Below are positions 1 to 7,871 of a stretch of 64,000 nt of DNA, in pieces. The stretch's first letter is position 1; every line of letters begins with the position of its first letter. The DNA lies in contig JADGPG010000055.1 of the NCBI GenBank assembly GCA_017882545.1, positions 860-64,859 on the forward strand. Direction: 5' to 3'. The notes beneath the pieces were generated by a model, which had not been told where the DNA came from, did not search any database, and saw only the letters and a list, made by a program, of their open reading frames with translations. The DNA is from Thermoleophilia bacterium (GTDB lineage Bacteria > Actinomycetota > Thermoleophilia > Miltoncostaeales > Miltoncostaeaceae). Both the position numbers and the translations under genes were made by a program.

Positions 1-376
1 CCGCGGCCGCCGCGGCCTCGATGCGCTTCCATGCCTTCTCGAAGCGAGCCCGCTTCTTGGACAGGATCAGGCGACCGTCCTGGTCTTCCTTGATCATCAC
101 GAGCGCGTCGACCATCTCGCCGAGCTCGACTTCTTCGAAGACGTTGACGGACTTGCGGATCGACAGCTCAGAGAGCGGGATCACACCTTCGCTCTTGTAC
201 CCGATGTCGACGAGTACCTCGTCCTTGTCGATGCGGACGACACGTCCGTTTACGACGTCACCTTCCGAGAAGATCGGAATCGTGAGGTCGTAGTTCGGGA
301 TCATCTGCCCGTCGACTTCGATGTACTCCGGGCCGTCGAGGGTGCGCACTGGTGTGTCGAGATCTACTTGGGTCAC
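1..376 (-). CDS. rpsA: 30S ribosomal protein S1, 5' part (gene continues past the left window edge)
   Basis: Absent from the ORF track because it is open at the edge. My reverse-strand translation from GTG (376-374) gives VTQVDLDTPVRTLDGPEYIEVDGQMIPNYDLTIPIFSEGDVVNGRVVRIDKDEVLVDIGYKSEGVIPLSELSIRK..., a typical first S1/OB repeat. polA-rpsA neighbourhood is as in actinobacteria. Confidence 0.85.
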   Translation of the reverse strand, partial: MTQVDLDTPVRTLDGPEYIEVDGQMIPNYDLTIPIFSEGDVVNGRVVRIDKDEVLVDIGYKSEGVIPLSELSIRKSVNVFEEVELGEMVDALVMIKEDQDGRLILSKKRARFEKAWKRIEAAAAA

Positions 377-519
377 GTGGAGTTTTCCTTGACAGAGCTG
401 GTTCGGGGCGTCAACGACCGCACGGGCCGCCGACCGGACGAACATTGAGTATAGAGCGTTCGCACTGACCGGCATCCCAGCACTCCGGGCCGCCCGGAAT
501 CGTGCTCGGGGGCTCCCGG

Positions 520-894
520 TCAGCCGCGCACCCCGGGGGCGGGACGCCCCACGATGCCGGCCAGGATCCCCACCGCCCCCGCTGTTCCGGCCACGATCCA
601 CGAGGGGGTGTGTGCGCCGGCCGCCTGCATCACGACCGCCAACCCGCAGGCGGCCGCGAGCGCGCCCTGCCCGACTCGCTCCTCAGTCAGGGAGACCCAC
701 CCGGACGGAGGTCGACCGACCGCACGAACCAAGCGCGGTGCCGGTCCGCCGCCCGGCGTCACCGCTTCCCACAGCGCGAGCGCGCCCGCCACTGCGACGG
801 GGATGATCTGGCCGAAGAGCGCCGCCTCGAGTGCCATGATTCCGACGAGGACCGAGGCGAGCCGGGCCGCCGTCCGGTCGACGCCTGTCGTCAT
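520..894 (-). CDS. small hydrophobic membrane protein, function unknown
   Basis: 124-aa ORF with three long hydrophobic stretches (LASVLVGIMALEAALFGQIIPVAVAGALALW, ALAAACGLAVVMQAA, WIVAGTAGAVGILAGIV). Its start overlaps the stop of the upstream ORF by 4 nt (891-894). Confidence 0.5.
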   Translation of the reverse strand: MTTGVDRTAARLASVLVGIMALEAALFGQIIPVAVAGALALWEAVTPGGGPAPRLVRAVGRPPSGWVSLTEERVGQGALAAACGLAVVMQAAGAHTPSWIVAGTAGAVGILAGIVGRPAPGVRG

Positions 895-1118
895 CCCCGC
901 TCGCGTTGGAGCACGTCGAACTCGCGACGACGGTCAGGGTGCGCGAGCACGGCATGGGCACGGTTGAGCTCGACGAGGCGCGCGAGTGCGTCGTCCCCGT
1001 CGGCGGCGAGCGCCGCTTCGCGGAGCACGATGAACGCTGCCTCGATGACTTCGGGGCGGGCATGGGGGGCCACCTCGAGCACCGCGTAATGGTCGGTCAG
1101 GCCTTCGCGTCCAGCCAT
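891..1118 (-). CDS. J-domain-like small protein (no HPD tripeptide in the expected loop)
   Basis: 75 aa. DHYAVLEV..ARPEVIEAAF..LNRAHAVLAHPDRRREFD follows the helix pattern of DnaJ J domains. Overlaps the polA 3' end by 22 nt. Confidence 0.45.
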   Translation of the reverse strand: MAGREGLTDHYAVLEVAPHARPEVIEAAFIVLREAALAADGDDALARLVELNRAHAVLAHPDRRREFDVLQRERG

Positions 1119-3712
1119 GTCTCCCCCACGCCGACGTCAACGGCCAGAGGCGGATCGAGCGGGTATGCGTCCACCATCGCCGCGCGAACGATCGCGATGG
1201 CCTGCTGGTGCTCGTCGCTCGGGGCCTCGAGGAGCAGTTCATCGTGGATCTGCAGAACCAGGCGCGTGCGCAGCCCCGCAGCGATGAGCGCGTTTCGGGT
1301 GCGCACCATCGCCACCTTGATGATGTCAGCGGCGCTGCCCTGGATGATCGTATTGACCGCCAGGCGCTCCCCGAGTTGGCGGACGTGCTGTGTTGAGGCG
1401 GCGAGCTCGGGAATCGGTCGCCGTCGGCCGAGCAGGGTCGTGACGTATCCCGATGTCGTGGCGTCGGCGATGGTGGACTGGATGAATGCCTGCACGCGCG
1501 GGTAGCGGGCGAGGTAGGCGGTGATGTAGTCGTGTGCATCCTGGCGCGAAATCCCCAGCTGCTCTGAGAGTCCGAAGTCTGAGATCCCGTAAACGATCCC
1601 GAAGTTGACCGCCTTGGCCCGGTCGCGAGCGGCACGATCGACATCCGCCCGGTCGAGCCCGAACACCTCGGCGGCGGTCGCCGCATGCACGTCGGCTCCC
1701 TCGCGGAAGGCCTGCGACAGCGTTGGCTCGCCCGAGCAGTGGGCGAGGATCCGCAGCTCGACCTGACTGTAATCGCAGCTGACAAGTACCCACCCGTCGT
1801 CGGCGACGAACGCGTCGCGGATCTCACGCCCGACAGCAGTGCGGACCGGAATGTTCTGGAGGTTGGGGTTCGTGGAGCTGAGGCGACCGGTCTCTGCGAC
1901 GGTTTGGTTGAAGGTCGTGTGCACCCGATCGTCGGAGCCGATCAGCTCGGGCAGGGCGGACAGATACGTGCTGTCGAGCTTGGTGAGTTCCCGGTACTGG
2001 CCGATCAGCGCGACGATCGGGTGCTTGCCTTCGAGCTGCCGGAGCACCTGGCGGTCGGTGGAGTACCCCGTCTTCCCCTTTCGCGAGGTCGGCAGCTCCA
2101 GGACCTCGAAGAGAATGTGGCCGAGCTGTTTGGGCGAGTCGATGACGAACTCCTGGCCGGCCAGCGTCCAGATCTGATCGCGCAACTCGTCGACGCGATC
2201 GCGGACGCGAGCGGCGATCTCGCCCACGCGGGCCACATCGAGCCCGATCCCGGTCCGCTCCATCTCGCCGAGGACGGTCATCACGGGGAGCTCCACCGAC
2301 CGGTACAGGTCGCCGAGGCCGTACTCATCGAGTCGGGGCGCCTGGGCCGCCGCGAGGCCGACGGTCTGGAGGGCAGCCACCTCGGCCTGCTGGTCGTCGC
2401 GCGCGGCGACCTCCACCCCGGCCTCAGCCGCGAGCTCGGCGAGGAGATACCCGCGCCGTCGTGGTTCGAGGAGGTAGGCGGCGATCATCGGGTCGTCGGC
2501 GATCTTGATCCCGGACGCGAACAGGGACGCAGGAAGACTCTTTGCGTCATGGCATGCGACCGGGGCGCCACAGAGGCCAACCACCACGGCCGCAGCCACG
2601 TCGTCGGACCAGGTTCCCGCGAATACCGCGCCGTCGGGGGCGGCGATGGCCCAGCGGTCGCCCACGACGGCAAGCCCGACACGAGCGAGCCCGGCGAGAC
2701 GCAACGCGAGCTCGTCCGGGACGCAGTCGGTGACCGCAATCCTGGCCACCGGTTCCCGGGATGCAGTGGTCGGGCCCTGCGCGTCGGGGGCGAGGTCGGC
2801 GAGGCGACTTGCGAGTGAGCCGAATTCCCAACGGGCGAACTCGGCGCCCAAGGCGTCCAGCCGCTCGGTATCGAAGCGGAGCGCAGGCACGGCGGCAAGG
2901 TCCAGGTCGACCGGTGCGTCGCGCCGGATCACGGCGAGGTCGCGGCTCATCCGTGCGTTGTCGGCGTCGGCCTCGAGGGCCTCACGTCGCTTTGGAGTCT
3001 GGTCGCCGGCGTGGGCCAGAACCTCGTCCACCGTTCCGTACTTTTGAATCAGCTGCGCTGCCCCCTTCTCGCCGATTCCCCGAACTCCCGGGAGGTTGTC
3101 GCTCGCGTCGCCGACGAGGCCACGGAAGTCGGGCATCTGCTGAGGCGTGACGCCATAGCGTTCCTCGACCTTCGCCGGGGTATACCGGACGGTGTCGGTG
3201 ACTCCCCGTCCGGTTGCGAGCACGGACACGTGGTCGTCAACGAGCTGCAGCGCATCCCGATCGCTGGTGAGGATCAGCACCGATTCGCCCGCTGCCGCCG
3301 CCTCGGTTGCGAGCGTCCCGATTACGTCGTCGGCCTCGAATCCCGGGGTCTCGATGTTCGTGAAGCCGAAGGCCTCCATGAGGGGGCGAAAATGGGGCTT
3401 CTGCTCGCGGAGCAGGTCGGGCGTCTTGGCCCGACCTGCCTTGTAGTCGGCGTACGCCTCGTGCCGGAACACCGGCCCAGGCGGATCCCAGCAGACGATG
3501 ACGCGATCCGGGCGCTCGTCGGCGAGGACCTTGATCATCATCGCCGCCAAGCCGTAGAGCGCGTTGGTGGGCGCTCCCGAGGCAGTCGCAATCGTCTCCG
3601 GGAGGGCGAAGTATGCGCGGTACGCGAGGCTGTTGCCGTCGATGAGCATGAGCCCGCCCGCATGCGCCCGGTCGGGAACCGCGACGCCGGATTCGGGGGC
3701 AAGATCGGCCAC
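1097..3712 (-). CDS. polA: DNA polymerase I
   Basis: 871 aa. 5'-3' exonuclease N-terminus (LIDGNSLAYRAYFALPE) and pol motifs (DYSQVELRILAH, QIHDELLLEAP). Confidence 0.97.
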   Translation of the reverse strand: MADLAPESGVAVPDRAHAGGLMLIDGNSLAYRAYFALPETIATASGAPTNALYGLAAMMIKVLADERPDRVIVCWDPPGPVFRHEAYADYKAGRAKTPDLLREQKPHFRPLMEAFGFTNIETPGFEADDVIGTLATEAAAAGESVLILTSDRDALQLVDDHVSVLATGRGVTDTVRYTPAKVEERYGVTPQQMPDFRGLVGDASDNLPGVRGIGEKGAAQLIQKYGTVDEVLAHAGDQTPKRREALEADADNARMSRDLAVIRRDAPVDLDLAAVPALRFDTERLDALGAEFARWEFGSLASRLADLAPDAQGPTTASREPVARIAVTDCVPDELALRLAGLARVGLAVVGDRWAIAAPDGAVFAGTWSDDVAAAVVVGLCGAPVACHDAKSLPASLFASGIKIADDPMIAAYLLEPRRRGYLLAELAAEAGVEVAARDDQQAEVAALQTVGLAAAQAPRLDEYGLGDLYRSVELPVMTVLGEMERTGIGLDVARVGEIAARVRDRVDELRDQIWTLAGQEFVIDSPKQLGHILFEVLELPTSRKGKTGYSTDRQVLRQLEGKHPIVALIGQYRELTKLDSTYLSALPELIGSDDRVHTTFNQTVAETGRLSSTNPNLQNIPVRTAVGREIRDAFVADDGWVLVSCDYSQVELRILAHCSGEPTLSQAFREGADVHAATAAEVFGLDRADVDRAARDRAKAVNFGIVYGISDFGLSEQLGISRQDAHDYITAYLARYPRVQAFIQSTIADATTSGYVTTLLGRRRPIPELAASTQHVRQLGERLAVNTIIQGSAADIIKVAMVRTRNALIAAGLRTRLVLQIHDELLLEAPSDEHQQAIAIVRAAMVDAYPLDPPLAVDVGVGETWLDAKA

Positions 3713-3810
3713 TTTACGAGTCTACCGGCCGCCCTCCCCACGCGGCTCGGACCGGTCGCCATGGGTCAGTATGCTTCGCCGGATTACAGGAATTCCCAGG
3801 GGGGGCCACG

Positions 3811-5232
3811 TTGGCAGTCACGCCGAGTGCTCAGTATTCGGTCACGCTCCGCATCGAAATCGACTCGCGGGATCACGGCGCATTCACCCGCCTCGCGACC
3901 GCGATTGGCGAAGTCGGCGGTGACATCGGAGCCGTCGACCTCGTATCGACGGCGCATCACTCGGTGGTACGCGAGATCGTGGTCAACGCCCGGGACATCG
4001 AGCACGCCGAACAGATCGTGGCTGCGGCACGGGCACAGGACGGCGTTGAGGTCCTCGACAGCTGGGACCGGACGTTCCGGCTGCACCGCGGCGGCAAGAT
4101 CGAGCTGTACGGACGTCTTCCCCTTGAGACGCGGGACGATCTCTCGCTTGCATATATGCCCGGTGTGGCAGAGGTGTGCAGGGCGATCGCCGAGGACCGC
4201 GAGAAGGTGTTCGACTACACCATCAAGCGCAATATGGTCGCCGTGATCACCAACGGGACCGCCGTGCTTGGACTCGGCGACATCGGTGCCGCGGCGGGCA
4301 TGCCGGTGATGGAGGGCAAGTCGGCACTGTTCAAGGAGTTCGGCGACGTTGACTCCTACCCCATCTGTGTCGACTCCCACGACCCGCAGCAGATCATCGA
4401 CATCTGTGAAGCGATCGCCCCGGTGTTCGGTGGCATCAACCTCGAGGACATTGGCGCGCCGGCATGCTTCGAAGTTGAAGACGCCCTCAAGGCGCGCCTG
4501 GATATTCCGGTGTTCCACGACGACCAGCACGGAACCGCGATCGTCCTGCTCGCCGCCTTGATCAACGCCCTTAAGATTACGGGACAGCGGATGGAGGATC
4601 TCAGGGTGGTTGTGTCCGGGGTCGGCGCCTCGGGGGTCGCCTGCTCGAAGATCCTGCTCAACGCCGGTGTGACGAACATCATCGGTTGTGACACGCGCGG
4701 CGCCATCTATTCGGGCCGTACCGAGAACATGAATTTCATGAAGGAGTGGTACGCCGAACACACGAACCCGGACGGCGTGCGCGGGAGTCTCACCGAGGCT
4801 GTCAAGGGCGCCAACATGTTCATCGGGCTGTCCGGTCCCGGCACCTTCTCAGTCGACCAACTCCGGTCCATGGCCAAGGACCCGATTGTGTTCGCCATGG
4901 CCAACCCGACGCCGGAGATCATGCCCGAGGAAGCCGGCCCGTACGTGCGGGTGATGGCGACAGGTCGGTCGGACTATCCGAACCAAATCAACAACGTGCT
5001 GGCCTTCCCCGGCATCTTCCGCGGTGCGCTGGATTGCGGCGCACGGCAGATCTCAGAAGAGATGAAGGTTGCCGCGGCGCACGCCATCGCCGACTGTATT
5101 GCTGATGACGAGCTCAACGAGGACTACATCATCCCGAGCGCCTTCAACCGGAACGTGGCGCCACGGGTGTCGGAGGCCGTGATCCGCGTCGCCCAAGAGC
5201 AGGGGCTGGCGCGACGCGAGGTGGTTGCCTAG
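3811..5232 (+). CDS. NAD(P)-dependent malic enzyme with N-terminal ACT-like domain
   Basis: 473 aa. ~70-aa regulatory-looking N-terminus, then malic-enzyme core ([53 protein letters not shown] Rossmann). Confidence 0.9.
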   Translation: MAVTPSAQYSVTLRIEIDSRDHGAFTRLATAIGEVGGDIGAVDLVSTAHHSVVREIVVNARDIEHAEQIVAAARAQDGVEVLDSWDRTFRLHRGGKIELYGRLPLETRDDLSLAYMPGVAEVCRAIAEDREKVFDYTIKRNMVAVITNGTAVLGLGDIGAAAGMPVMEGKSALFKEFGDVDSYPICVDSHDPQQIIDICEAIAPVFGGINLEDIGAPACFEVEDALKARLDIPVFHDDQHGTAIVLLAALINALKITGQRMEDLRVVVSGVGASGVACSKILLNAGVTNIIGCDTRGAIYSGRTENMNFMKEWYAEHTNPDGVRGSLTEAVKGANMFIGLSGPGTFSVDQLRSMAKDPIVFAMANPTPEIMPEEAGPYVRVMATGRSDYPNQINNVLAFPGIFRGALDCGARQISEEMKVAAAHAIADCIADDELNEDYIIPSAFNRNVAPRVSEAVIRVAQEQGLARREVVA

Positions 5233-5255
5233 CGCTGGGCACGCGTGCACTGCCC

Positions 5256-5341
5256 GGGGACGTGGCGGAACGGTAGACGCGACGGTCTCAAACACCGTTG
5301 GGGGAAACCTCGTGGGGGTTCGACTCCCCCCGTCCCTACCA
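5256..5341 (+). tRNA. tRNA-Leu (anticodon CAA), class II with long variable arm, CCA encoded
   Basis: Hand-folded. Acceptor GGGGACG/CGTCCCT (G1-U72), 3-bp D stem GCG/CGC, anticodon stem ACGGT/ACCGT with loop CTCAAAC, variable arm GGGG-AAA-CCTC, T arm GGGGG-TTCGACT-CCCCC, discriminator A, CCA. Confidence 0.9.
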
Positions 5342-5422
5342 TTTGAAAGCCCTGCTCATGCGGGGCTTTCGCATATCTGGGGCCAGTAGATGGTTTAGGC
5401 TCTTCGTCCGCTCATGACCGCT
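5278..5422 (+). repeat. attL-like direct repeat (3' part of the intact tRNA-Leu plus downstream sequence)
   Basis: Aligned by eye to 10111-10255; I count 4 mismatches in 145 nt. Confidence 0.85.
5345..5370 (+). terminator. hairpin immediately downstream of tRNA-Leu (GAAAGCCC-N10-GGGCTTTC)
   Basis: 8-bp stem seen directly. The same hairpin is preserved in the attR copy, where the sequence differences fall in the loop. No strong T tract. Confidence 0.4.
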
Positions 5423-5479
5423 CTAGACCGCCTGAATCGGTGCACGACTGTGCCACCGACTGTGCCACGGGCCATGGGT
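5414..5479 (+). repeat. att-adjacent ~65-bp repeat, copy 1, containing tandem 12-mers CGACTGTGCCAC x2 (5445-5468)
   Basis: ATGACCGCTCTAGACCGCCTGAATCGGTGCACGACTGTGCCACCGACTGTGCCACGGG... recurs at 6401-6465. Confidence 0.75.
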
Positions 5480-5614
5480 CTACGCCTCCCGGAAGTTGCG
5501 CCAGCGGGCGGTTGGGCTGACCGCCGAGCCGCCGATGCTGGCCCTTTCGATGGGCTCTAGGCGTAGCGGGACGCGCACAGCTTGTGCCCAGATTTGTCTG
5601 GTAGAAGTGCCTTG

Positions 5615-5923
5615 ATGCGACCTGTTGCGTTCACCGGATCGGGCAGAACTGCGTTCGGCAAGCTGTCGCGCATCGGCGCCCACGTGTTCCGATACCACGT
5701 CGCCTATGCAGACGGGTCGGGAGACTCTGTGACGGTCTTGGTGACGCGGTCGGCCCGCGAGTTCGCTAACGCCTATCCGTGCGACGTTGATCCAGCGGTG
5801 CGGGGAGCGATTGATACCGACGGGCGGACGGTCGTCCACTCCCATGTGATCAATCGGGATCGGCCACCATTGTCTTGGATCGTCCACGCGGAAGGAATCT
5901 TTCCGGCCCCTCGGGTCGCGTAG
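5615..5923 (+). CDS. hypothetical protein (island segment 1)
   Basis: 102-aa reading frame from ATG 5615 (MRPVAFTGSGRTAFGKLSRIGAHVFRYHVAYADGSGDSVTVLVTR...). More protein-like than the Arg-rich antisense ORF. Weak SD and no recognisable family. Confidence 0.3.
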   Translation: MRPVAFTGSGRTAFGKLSRIGAHVFRYHVAYADGSGDSVTVLVTRSAREFANAYPCDVDPAVRGAIDTDGRTVVHSHVINRDRPPLSWIVHAEGIFPAPRVA

Positions 5924-6225
5924 CGGCTCGCTGTCACGCTCAAATCGCGGACCGCATCGCCTGCCGCAGCGGCGACGCTCGCTTCCTCATATCCGACCGA
6001 CGCGGACGTTGGAGGAGGCGTTGAGGGGTGCATCGGCGCTACTTTTCGCGCCAGCCTGATCGCCGCTTCTCTCTGTGTAAAGCAGCGCCCCGAGCCGATC
6101 CGTCCCCCGGCGGTTCCGTTCGGCGCCCGTGGCCATGATCGGCAGGGGGCGCAGGAAGCCCCGGTCCCGGTAGCGATCGCGTGCGGCGCCTTCGACCCGC
6201 TCGGGCGGCGTTGCCTCCGCGAGGG

Positions 6226-6272
6226 CGCACGCGGCAGGATGCGAACCTGCGACCCTTGGCTCCGGAGGCCAA
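6226..6272 (-). pseudogene. tRNA-Arg(CCG)-like 3' half (anticodon arm to acceptor 3' strand), no 5' half
   Basis: Reverse strand reads TTGGC-CTCCGGA-GCCAA GGGTC GCAGG-TTCGCAT-CCTGC CGCGTGC G. This gives an anticodon stem-loop with CCG, a T arm with a degenerate T loop, and an acceptor 3' strand. The upstream sequence cannot form an acceptor 5' strand or D arm. Confidence 0.55.
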
Positions 6273-6400
6273 AATTGCAGGGCTTTCTCGGGATGGTCCG
6301 GGATATCGGTTGCGCTGATTAGCAGCCGGTTTGTACCCATGGTGTCCCATAGGCGGACGACCTGGGTTGCGACCAAGTTGCGACGGGCGGGTATCCGCTT

Positions 6401-6465
6401 AAGACCGCTCTAGACCCCCTTAATCGGTGCATGACGGTGCCACCGACTGTGCCACGGGCGTGGGT
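6401..6465 (+). repeat. att-adjacent ~65-bp repeat, internal copy 2 (12-mers TGACGGTGCCAC + CGACTGTGCCAC at 6432-6455)
   Basis: AAGACCGCTCTAGACCCCCTTAATCGGTGCATGACGGTGCCACCGACTGTGCCACGGG...; aligned by eye to 5414-5479. Confidence 0.75.
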
Positions 6466-6574
6466 ATTTCAAACTTCCACCCCATCGCGACGTCAGACAT
6501 TGAGTGCCTACCGATTGTGAGTGCGGACCTTCTTGAGGGCGAGCAGCGAGAAGCGCTCAAGCGAACGCCGAGAT

Positions 6575-6871
6575 TTACGGGACGCGAGGCCAGCGAAGGT
6601 CTCGAGATTGCTCGAGGGCGCGTGCGACCTGTCCGGGATGCCACGTCCCGCTCCCAGACGGCGTGCGGACGCCCAACTGATTCAGCCGCGTCGCAATCGC
6701 ACGCAGACTCAGATGCTCGTGGTCTCTCAAGGCGACGATGAGCGACCTGGCGGGCATGGCGAGCGATCTCGGGCGTCCACGGACTGCCATATCCATGAAT
6801 CTAGCGCCGGGAGGACTGGATGACGCGTCCCGACGAGCACGACATCGACGCATCCGGGACGGCGATCCCAT
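6575..6871 (-). pseudogene. serine recombinase (resolvase/invertase family) C-terminal remnant
   Basis: ...GRPRSLAMPARSLIVALRDHEHLSLRAIATRLNQLGVRTPSGSGTWHPGQVARALE matches the GRP..L / IA..LN..GV.T..G..W....V..L tail of actinobacterial recombinase-family proteins. No catalytic N-terminal domain is present. The adjacent out-of-frame ORF 6801-7088 has a possible ...RLNARGGAFG piece. Confidence 0.5.
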
Positions 6872-6999
6872 CGGCGCGACCGATCTTGAGCGTGGTGAAA
6901 GACGCCCTGACGGGGCCGACTGACGCGCCGGCGAGGCCGAACGCCCCCCCGCGGGCGTTCAGCCTCGCCGACATCCCCGACGATCTCGAGGCGTGGTAG
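6820..6999 (+). CDS. small ORF (59 aa), paralogue of the ORF tail preceding xis
   Basis: Below the track's length cutoff. GGAGG 5 nt before ATG 6820. MTRPDEHDIDASGTAIPSARPILSVVKDALTGPTDAPARPNAPPRAFSLADIPDDLEAW*. The C-terminus and the stop/GTG junction are duplicated at 7497-7581. Confidence 0.35.
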   Translation: MTRPDEHDIDASGTAIPSARPILSVVKDALTGPTDAPARPNAPPRAFSLADIPDDLEAW

Positions 7000-7068
7000 G
7001 CCGTGGCGACGATGCTTGAAGCCTCGTCGGCCCAGGCAATGCCATTGTCTGGGCCCGTGGGTGCTCGG

Positions 7069-7362
7069 CTACCGCTCGACCGCCGCAAGCCCCTTCTGGA
7101 GGTCTTCCAGGTTCATGACGGGGCCGATCTCGATGTCAGCACCCAGCTTGAGGAAGAACGGCTCCGCGAGGGCCGGAATCTGGGAGCTGTCCTGCATGTC
7201 GAAGACAAACATCGCGCTGCGCTGGCCGCCGTTCGGGCCGAAGTACGCGGCCTCGGGCTTCGTCTTCTCGATGAACTGGCCGATGATCTTGGGGAGGCTG
7301 CCGTCGAGGATCGCGCGATTGCCTGCATCGGTGTCCAATGTGACGCGAAGGAGGGTTCTCAT
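7069..7362 (-). CDS. small conserved-looking soluble protein of unknown function (island cargo)
   Basis: 97 aa from ATG 7362, with GGAGAC 6 nt upstream. MRTLLRVTLDTDAGNRAILDGSLPKIIGQFIEKTKPEAAYFGPNGGQRSAMFVFDMQDSSQIPALAEPFFLKLGADIEIGPVMNLEDLQKGL has a globular composition. It resembles a widespread ~95-aa family I cannot name with certainty. Confidence 0.6.
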   Translation of the reverse strand: MRTLLRVTLDTDAGNRAILDGSLPKIIGQFIEKTKPEAAYFGPNGGQRSAMFVFDMQDSSQIPALAEPFFLKLGADIEIGPVMNLEDLQKGLAAVER

Positions 7363-7444
7363 GTGTTCGTCTCCGGGGCTAGTCGTGCCGTAGACCACCC
7401 AAACCGGGTGGGCCTCTCGAGCGCGACCCTAGATCGCAGGAGCT

Positions 7445-7575
7445 ATGGGCGATACGGGCGCGATCGAACTGTTGCGGGAATTTCCGTCGCAAAACCTGCC
7501 CGACCCGCCGAACCTCAATGCGCCGCCACGCTGCTGAGCCTGGCCGACATCCCCGATGACCTCGAGGACTGGTAG
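7445..7575 (+). pseudogene. frameshifted second copy of the small pre-xis ORF
   Basis: AGGAG + ATG 7445 opens MGDTGAIELLREFPSQNLPDPPNLNAPPRC*, stopping at 7535-7537. The conserved tail ...LLSLADIPDDLEDW* (to 7575) lies in another frame. Confidence 0.35.
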
Positions 7576-7578
7576 GCC

Positions 7579-7776
7579 GTGACACCGCCGCTGCCACGAC
7601 TCACGCTGAACCCCGAGGAGGCCGCACAGGCGCTCGGCGTCAGTCGCGACTTCTTGGATCAGCACGTGATGCCCGAGTTGCGCATTGTGCGTCGTGGCCG
7701 ACTGAGGCTGATCCCGGTGAAAGAGCTCGAGCGGTGGGTCGACAGGTCCGCGGCGATGACACTGGAGGGAAAGTGA
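7579..7776 (+). CDS. xis: excisionase-family helix-turn-helix DNA-binding protein
   Basis: 65 aa. LTLNPEEAAQALGVSRDFLDQHVMPELRIVRRGRLRLIPVKELERWV is the typical excisionase/MerR-like HTH pattern. It lies directly upstream of the integrase. Confidence 0.75.
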   Translation: MTPPLPRLTLNPEEAAQALGVSRDFLDQHVMPELRIVRRGRLRLIPVKELERWVDRSAAMTLEGK

Positions 7777-7871
7777 TCCCGACCGGGCATGGTGTACCGT
7801 CACAGAATGAAAGCGGGGCCGCGGTGCTTGCAACACCCGACCCCCGGGCAAACCCCCAAGGAGGGCTCGCC

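Noticed and set aside
448-453. TATACT -10-like hexamer (minus strand) ~70 nt upstream of rpsA as a promoter
   Set aside because: No matching -35 element lies at 16-18 nt spacing. A lone hexamer is too weak to annotate.
7003-7575. 190-aa plus-strand ORF spanning the island cargo gene
   Set aside because: It is antisense to the well-formed gene 7069-7362 (SD + ATG, globular sequence). Only its first ~20 and last ~25 codons correspond to duplicated xis-start/small-ORF-tail sequences.
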